A DNA stretch of 64,000 nt. It comes from Lama guanicoe (Eukaryota). The stretch lies in NCBI GenBank assembly GCA_013239625.1, contig MU053792.1:886112-950111 (forward strand), written 5' to 3'. Positions 55,411 through 64,000 of the stretch are shown here, one piece after another. The stretch's first letter is position 1. The number at the start of each line of letters is the position of its first letter. A model generated the notes under the pieces. It saw only the letters and a list, made by a program, of their open reading frames with translations, made no database searches and was not told the origin of the DNA. The translations under genes and the position numbers were made by a program.

Positions 55411-57120
55411 ATTATTATCAGTCCCAGGGCAGGCCCAGAGATGCTATCTTCAGAGCTGGTGTGAGAAGTAAGCCATATTTTTTAGGACAGGTCTGGCAAA
55501 ATCAGCTCTCCCCCAGGAACTAACTTTGAGCAGAACGGGGGCTTCTCACAGCCCCTCAGTCTCTATCCAATCCCTGCATTACAGGCAAAGGGCACCATAA
55601 ATAGAGATGTTTACTCATACATTGTCTTATGCTCGTATTTGTGTACAGTTCACCTCTAGGAATCCAAAGAAGACAAATGTTTTTTCTCATTTCCTGCAAG
55701 TTTACTGATTTAAATGCTTCCATATTTTTATCCTACCATTACAGAACTATTTTTCACCCAATTTTTGTCTCTAGGAAAAAAAAATGCCTAAGTTCCCTGT
55801 CTGTTTAAACGAGATCAGTTGTGGGAAGAATTTTTAATAAATAGTAAAATGTGAAAAATTAGAGGAAAAACTCTATCTCATGTGAAGTTCTAGATACAAA
55901 TGTCAATATTCTTTTCTTTAGGAAATGACCTTTATTTTAGTGTTCACCCCATACAGCCTTACTTCCCAGTAAGTCCACGACCCACATGAGATTTATTAAT
56001 TAGTTATGTATCACGAATCATTGCTTTCTTTGTCACCAGAGTTGCAAGTAGATATAAGGCAAATATAGATAGAGCTGGGTAAAACTTTGCTTCTTATTTT
56101 AATTTGCCAGCACTTCTAAATCATTTATCTTTGAGGGGTACATAGTCATGAACCCACAGGCTGCTCTTAAATGCAAAACACGCAACTGAAGCCTCTCCAG
56201 AATGTGTCCTAGATCTGGGGTTTTTCTGTTGTGGGAACTCATTAATAAAGAACAATTGCCTTTCCCGGAGAATGGGCCGCTGAGATCTGGAAAGTGGCTG
56301 CATCTTAACGGAGTACTGAACTGTGAAAACGATTTCCATGTTGTATAGCTGTCATGTGGAAAGAGTTAACAGCAGCTGACATGGTTTTTACTTACTTTTT
56401 AAGTATATGTAGTTATTGAGGAGAGGGTAGGTCTCAAACATTGTTTTTCAAGGGGGCATATTTGAGTTTTTTAAATTAAATTTTTCACTGCATTATTAAA
56501 TAAGTGTTAGCTATAAATAAATTCATATGAACAATTGAAAATAATTGCTGAATTAATTTATACTCATAATTTTGGATCAAACTAAGCAGTATTGCAAGCC
56601 ATATTAATGAAAATTATTTTTCTCTATCAATTTTGTGATTGAATTATACATGTAGTATTTGTGAATAATATAGTGTTTCCTTCTGACATATTAATGCTCA
56701 TTGAATTTTAGTATGTTCACAGTTACATGATAGTCAAGAACTTGGAGGAAGCAAGAGAGACTTTCAAGATGTTAGAATAAGTAAATCAGCTATACTTCAA
56801 TAAAAAATAAAAATTTAAAAATAGTTATGTAGATTTCAGAGGCGATCAAATTTTGGAAATTCGTATAGCTTATAAATAAATAATTATAGGATAGTCATTC
56901 AATAACAAGCAAGCTGTGTAAATACTGCTTATTTTGAGGCTTCAAGAGTAAGAAGTATGTTTTCATTTATATTAATAAAAAGCAATGGTGATTTACCAGT
57001 GTGGCATAACTGCAACATGTACTTTTCTGTAATATAAAGCTCTGCCATAGAAATCCCAGTTGCTAATCACTCCAATAAATATGTTATGAGATTCTAGAGG
57101 TCAAGATAATCTTGAATCAT

Positions 57121-57646
57121 TGTTACCGAGTCCAAACTCATTCTTCGTGGCACTAAAGGCTAATAAATCAGGAGATGAAGTATTGGGGCAAGGAATAGAG
57201 ACTTTATTCCAAAAGCCAGCAGACCGAGAGGATGGCAGACTAATGTCTTGGAGAACTATCCTGCTCCAGTCAGAATACACGCTCCTTTTTTACAAAAAAA
57301 AAATGGTGGGGGGGGGGACGGGGGTTCGTTGTTGCAAACTTCTTGCTGCAGGAATTCTTTGTTCTTGCAGACATCCACCTGGGTCAGGTCATGGTGTCCC
57401 TGTGAACTTCTAACAAAACAAAGGTTATTCTCTATTTTGCAACTTTCCATCCCTACTAAATGCAGAAGTGCTAACATCATTAAAGGTCAGAGCCCCCAGA
57501 AGAGGCTCTCCTGTCTATTTCAGGCTAAAGGCAACATTGTTTCACAAAAGGTGCAGAGCTGGCAAGACTGAGCCTAGAAAGAGGGGCACTGTGGTTAAAA
57601 CTAAAGGAACAGATCAAGTGTAGAGGCAGATTTGTTCTCTATTCCA
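57121..57646 (-). mobile_element. ERV1-type solo LTR (complete U3-R-U5), related to the element at 158-811
   Basis: TG...CA termini, 4-bp TSD tcat/ttat, minus-strand AATAAA at about 57203. Colinear similarity with 179-637. Confidence 0.88.
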
Positions 57647-58981
57647 TTATTGGTAGCCTTTTACAGCAATAGATGAATTGCTCTCAGTACACTGTAATAG
57701 TGAGTCAGTGACTTTCTGTACAAACAAGCTTGGACATTTTTAATCACTTTCAGCCTTTGACACTTGAAAACGTGATAACCAATACTTGTATTACTCACCA
57801 AAATACTACTATGGGGGATACAGTCGTCTTTTCGCTGAAGGAGATTCAATGTGTATATATTGATCTTTATATTAATGAGAATGTCCAGATAGTTCTTTTT
57901 GAGGAAATAAAATTTAAATCTTTGTTAGATTCAATTTAGTATATTTGCCTGAAGAAATATTTCTTTATTTAAAAAAACAAAAAAGAATTAGAACAAATAG
58001 TGAATACTGACCAGTGAGCAATTACATACATTTTTACTGGAGAGATGAGTTTTACCAACTGCATCCAGAAATTAAAGAAAGTTTGGCAAGCATCTAATGA
58101 GCATCCATCTGGGGAGGTTATGTAGCGTAATAGCATAGTACATGGAATTGTAGTTGCACCTACCTTTACATTTGCTGTGTGTATAAACTTTAAGATGCAT
58201 ATGTTTTTGTAAAGCACTGAGTTAGTGTCTGAGAAAGAGCAAGCAGGCAAGAAGTGGTGGCCATTACTATTACTTAATGGTCTGTGTGGCAAAAAGAACC
58301 CAACATTTCCTTTAGGATCCCTGTAATAGTTTGTTACTTTGTAAAGTGCTTAACTAATTATTTAATATATTTTATGGAAAGGAGTTTATTCCATGTCTAA
58401 ATAGGAAGTAACATAAGGATTTAAAAATGAAAATAATACAAATTTAAAATGTTCAAAAGTGAAAATGTTAAGTAATCATTCATATGAACATCTGATTTAT
58501 TTAGCATTTTCAGAATGGTAAGATTGTTACCTGGTGGCTAGGTTATGTCACACCAAAACCTATTTCTATATTGCTTTTAAAATGCACAGTCTTTTTTGCT
58601 TGAAAGCATCCTGTACATGTGCTCTTTGTAAATCTGGTTATTCCTTTTACCATAAAACCTGTAACATTATCAATAAAATTATGTAAATTAATTATAGAGG
58701 GTGCCAATCAATCTCACCACAAGAGGATCAGCACAAAATGGTATTCCATCTGTGTCCATATTCTTTTTTGAACCTACTCGTTTTCAATGTCTTGGCTACC
58801 CCATGATTGTAAACTGTAAAGTCGCCAACTATATACCCAGGCAGCATCACTAACATCAGGAAAACTGGCTTAATATCAGTTAAGAAAACTCCCAAACACA
58901 TTTTTGTGTGCTTTATAAATTTGTATGCTTACTTATTAATACCTCATTGTTCCCAATAAGAGCTAGAGAAAACTCTTCTAA

Positions 58982-59176
<195 letters not shown>

Positions 59177-60447
59177 TAATCCCCCAGCTACAGTGCACAG
59201 GCAAGATGAACGGGGCATCTTAGTGGCAGTGGCATGGTGGTTCTATGCACAAAACTCTGCTGAGGCTTTGAATAAGTTTGTCCTGAACTTTGAGTGCATT
59301 CGGTATTATTCTTTATTTGTATTATCTTTTGTTGCATTGCTGTTCTTGGAAAAATGATTGGATGTTAAACATTGAAACTGTCTGGTTGGAAATGGATGAA
59401 ATGCTAAAATTCCAAAGGACAAAAGAATGAACATGAAAAAAAAATCAACAACGAATCCCACAAAAATATCCAATAATAAACACCGTATCACTGTTGTTAC
59501 ATTTTTACAACATCAATGTAAATAGTAGTTAATAGTGTCTAAAATTATAATTTCAGGTAGTTTAATTATTTGCATTGTCTGTTTATAATAGTGGGTAAAG
59601 CACTGTTTTAATGAGCATGTTTCATACAACTGAATGCTTTAGAAATAAATTTTGTTTTATATTTATTTTTAATGCAAAAAGAGGTTTTTGTACCGATTCT
59701 TTTTCTCATTGACCTGTGGCAGATACACAATACAATTTATTGAAATTCTCCTAAGACTTAAGAAAAATGTGATCTTCATTCGGTCACATCCTAAGATGGA
59801 AAATACTGTAAATTTTAAGGCTCTTTTTCAAAGAGATTCTCAGAAAATTGGCTTTTAAATAATATAATATCTTGTATGTTTTGTCTTCTAAATGCAAACA
59901 TGCCTTTAAGCGTCAACGCTAGTCAAAGGAGATCAACAATCGGTGACCTTTTCTATCTAATTTAAAGTCATATGCCCTCAGCTCAGTGTCTCATTAGGCA
60001 GAATCTTTCTTAAACTAATTATGAAGCCCTTACTCTAAATAAAGTGGAAGTATTTTCTGTAATGTAGTTTTTAGCTTATGTGATTTTAATTTTCGGTTTT
60101 TATCAATGTCGAGTTATTTCCAAAATTCTGACATGGACGTCCAAGTATGAAAATGCCAGAGAGAAGCTTTCACATGCTGTCGTTAGTTCTGTCTGCGTGC
60201 ATCGCCACCTAGCACTTTAATGTAAATCTGCCTGCCCTTAATTGGAAGTTTTTGATTTTAGAACGCGAACCAACTAACAGCAGTTTTGGTGTGAGAATGC
60301 AAAATATCTATCTTCTAACTTAAGTATGTAATATTTGCATGGGACTTAAATATATATGTGTATAAATACACACACATATATATATATTTTCCTTAAAAAG
60401 ACACAGTAATGGAAAGTCATACTTCAGTACAGTCCTCCTCTTTTCAG

Positions 60448-60480
60448 CCTCTGATGAAGAATCCTATTTTAAGGAATTGA
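60448..60480 (+). CDS. GRIA4: Coding part of alternative terminal exon of the short GRIA4 isoform, PLMKNPILRN-stop
   Basis: Strong acceptor tcctcctcttttcag, then 10 codons in phase 0 and TGA. The peptide matches the C-terminus I recall for the truncated human GRIA4 isoform. Confidence 0.88.
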   Translation, partial: PLMKNPILRN

Positions 60481-61640
60481 TCAAGAAAGAAATGAGCTCC
60501 GCGCTGTTCGGCATTCCTAACTAAGGCTCAAGTCTTGTTCTTCCATGTAGTAAATTTAAGCTAATTTTTCATGTGGGATTCTTCTTGGATGATCAACTCT
60601 GGACTACCAGAAAAAAATAAAATAAATAAGTTCTGTGACTTTCCTGAGATACTAGAACAAAAGAAGAATTAATGCTCATCTTTTTTCGAGAACATAGATG
60701 TTGAAAAAGAATCACTTAACAATTCTGACATATCAACTCCCGTATCTTGAAATGAGGTCATTGTACATAAAAAATGGAATTATAACTCTTCTAATACTTA
60801 GCGCAGATTTTCTAAAAGTAAATATCTATGAATTTGTGTGCTTGTTTTCTGAATACACACAGTTGTTTTCTTTAAAGTTTTTTTTTTGAAATTTTGCTTG
60901 TTCTGTGTGAAATAAAGGTTTTTCAATGTGCATTATAAATAGAATGTAGAAAATCACCTTTCCATTCCTGTTATTAAAGGGGCTGAAGATACATTTCTTA
61001 AAACCAAAATACTGAATTAATTTTGCAAGCATGGCTAGTTTGCAGGAAGCATGCTGTCAAAAATATCAGTAAAAATGATTGAAAAATCCAATTGTTTCCT
61101 ATATACATAAAGAATATTTTGTAAAGTTATCTGTTGCTTGACAGTGATATCACCAATATTTTTGCTATCAAATAGTGCAATATTAGTATCTGTCCTTTGT
61201 ATCAAAATGTAATCTCCATATAAATAATACCTCTGATCTTAGCAGCTTCAATACTTTTTTTTTTTAATGCTACAAATCCCTTTGCTGGAAGTGTTCCTTG
61301 TATCTGCTTTTGTTGAAAATGGTATCCCAGGACTTACGACATCTCCATCATCTCATTCATTTTGAAAGAAAAATGACTCTTTGTAGATGAATGAGATATT
61401 GGTACCAGTGTATAATGATTCCTCAAATTCAATTGAAATTGGTTAGACATTAAATTATGTGCAAGACAGATATCTAGACACAGAAGGCTGAGAGGGTCGT
61501 GGCCCTGGAAATCGTATATTTTGGTCGAAATTGATATGGCATTGCTGTTCTCCCGTTTGTCTTTTCTGTGTATGTTGTTATTTATATGTTGATACACTGT
61601 AATGATATATGGTGTCATTAAATAAAGTTGATTGAGAAAT
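60481..61640 (+). other. Probable 3' UTR of the short isoform
   Basis: AT-rich sequence with no recognisable repeat after the TGA. AATAAA at 60616/60621, 60911 and 61621. The true end cannot be determined from sequence. Confidence 0.5.
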
Positions 61641-61790
61641 TCATTTATTATTCATAAATATTTATTAAGCGTCTGCTATGTGCTAGGCACAGTTATAAGC
61701 CCAGGGATATGTGAGTGAAGAAAACAGACAAAAATCCTGCACTCGACTGAACTTCATTCTAGTGAGAGAAAGCAGACAAGTAACATAATA
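61638..61790 (-). mobile_element. L2 3' end relic
   Basis: attcatttatt...aaatatttattaagcgtctgctatgtgctaggcac...acagacaaaaatcctgc...cattctagtg is the typical reverse L2 tail. Confidence 0.75.
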
Positions 61791-64000
61791 TGTATAGTAA
61801 ACATCATTCTTAAAATGTGGCTTTAGATTTTTGTATTGCTGACATCTGTTTGTTCTCATAACAGTGTTTTACATCTACGTGTGATCTTCATTTTAATGAC
61901 TAATTTAGTCTTCCTGAATATAGACATACTGAATATAACTTAGCCAAATCTAAATAAAAGTAAACTTGACAATATAATGCTATGAGCCTCGTGACTACAA
62001 AGTTGAAAGTTCAAACGTTTAGGATTCAGATGCTCATCATTTTTTATCTTTAGGTCTTAGTAACCCAAAATTTTTTAAAATGTGTAAAATTTACAAGACT
62101 GTGACGGCACGAGGTTAATTTCTTGCATTCAATAAACAACGTGAGGAAGCTAAACCTGTGCCATGAGGTTTGGACAAGTGCAGCAACTGAGGAAAAAAGT
62201 GGTTTACAATAGACACTGGGGGAAGAGAGGGCGGTGTTTTCCTTTGTAATATCAATACTTTCTTTGGCTGAACTCTCTGGAAAGGGAGAGGTGATCCATT
62301 TCTATTTCAGTCAAGTCCATTTTCCCCAAATCTTTACTCCTGAAGGTAAACGATGCTTATGACGCATTACCAAACCAAGAAGATATTTCTTACCAGCCTA
62401 TGAACGTAACAGTCCTTTTGGAAACGTTTCCATAAAATCCAAATTTATTCGCTGTGGCATCAGACTTACTTATAAACCTTAAAGCAGCTTGACTTACAAT
62501 GCTTAATCTTTCTAGGAATAACATGTATCAATCATTCAATATTTTACCTTCTCTGTGTAGAATTTTGTAAATGCACTATACATATACACATGCGTGTCTG
62601 TGCATGTATATGTACATCCATATACAGAAAATACAGATTTTTTATTTTCTTCCTTCTACCAAGTATTAATTTCCCCCATAAATACATCTGCCTCCAAAGA
62701 GCTTATAACCCAATACGTTTTTAAATAAGTTGCTTTTAATAAACTTAAAACTGTGTAGCCATTAAATTTACTCATTTCTTTCTGAATTTAATCATAACAT
62801 TTTAATGTCCAATTTTAAGAATTTTACCAATGGGATAAATTATCTACATTAAGATTCTTTGGAAACAACCAGATATCCACATAGCAAATAACAGTTGTCG
62901 ATACTACTGATTTTTATTGTTTTAACTGTTTTCCAAGAGTAATTTTAATGATTATATTTGTGATGTGTAGAAAATCTTAAATCCTCTCTAATAAATAGCT
63001 TGTTCAACAGTTTCACTTTTGCTAAATACAAAGAATCCAAACCAAATTTCCTCAGTAGGAAAATGATACTTTACTAATTTTTAAAAAATCATCTTAATTC
63101 ATTTACACAAACATTTTCATAAGCAAGCTCTAACGTAGGAGCTTTAGATAAGAGATTGATTTCTCTCCTGAAATAGCAGAGCAGATGTAGAACACTGCCC
63201 ATTATGGAAATTGTAGTAATAAAACTCATAATCACTAAGAAGTAATTCATTTCAAATAACTTCTAAGAAATTACTGTCCCACCGAGCACAGTAGTTGATA
63301 ACATGGATGGTACCCAGTCTTCCATTCCTATTCACAATTGGCCACCTGGGGCTCCATAAGGCTGCTTACCAAAGATGGCCCACAAATATCCCTTAGTGAT
63401 TAGTTAGAATTCATTTTTCACTAGATTCAAAAGATTTGGTACTTTCTTTACGTAGTCCCAAAATTTTGTATTAAATCTCCTCAAGTATGCAGTGTTTGAA
63501 GGGCTACTTTTGGACAAACTGTCAGATCAAGGATGGGGCAAAGGAAGAGGCTGGGAGAGTGTGAGAATTTGCTGGTAATTTGGATTTGATGTGAAAGAAA
63601 AGGAAAATGAGACACACTCAAAGGTATTGGGAAGAGCTGAGCAAGTCTGAGAGCTTTTAAGAAAAAGTCCAACTTTTCCCTCCCTTTGTTCTTCAGTCTT
63701 CCTGAGCGTAGTCCTCTTATTTCTCTTAATCTTGCATACACCGCTCATCTGAATCTCAATAATTATACGTGCCCTTGGTTGTGCCAAAAGCCTAGCCAAA
63801 TTTCTAGTCAGCATCTTTGGTAAGCTGAAGTTTTCTCTAGCCTTTGTTGGTTGGTTTGTCAGGAAAACAAAGACCTGATGGATCCCTGCTGCCCAAAAAG
63901 GAAACTGAAAAAAATCAAGGAAGATGCTAAATAAATTTATACTTATATATACATATACTTGTTTCAGAAGAGATGACCTGGCATGTTTAATATTGACTTT

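Overview
Mammalian genomic DNA, most likely camelid (it carries a Vic-1-like tRNA-derived SINE). The window lies inside GRIA4 (AMPA receptor subunit GluA4) on the + strand. Five internal coding exons are present (8693-8746, 41356-41514, 47673-47840, 49074-49178, 59015-59125). All have AG/GT boundaries and are phase 0; they encode the C-terminal half of the amino-terminal domain and the start of S1. An alternative terminal exon (60448-60480, PLMKNPILRN-stop) would give a GluA4 without transmembrane segments. The rest is intron, dominated by decayed L1 elements (three near-full-length, several nested), ERV solo LTRs, Tigger-type DNA transposons and MIR/L2 relics, plus one 856-N assembly gap. None of the supplied ORFs is a real host gene. 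The most notable observations are: (i) an apparent L1-mediated processed copy of an ERV1 transcript (U5-less LTR, poly(A), 16-bp TSD, SPRE-like motif) at 158-811; (ii) inverted L1 copies closely bracketing a 432-nt, stop-free, in-frame three-exon block, a candidate circRNA or exon-skipping module; (iii) the truncating terminal exon inside a transposon-free island. I see no evidence of a wholly new biological system. Repeat family names come from memory, not from a database search.
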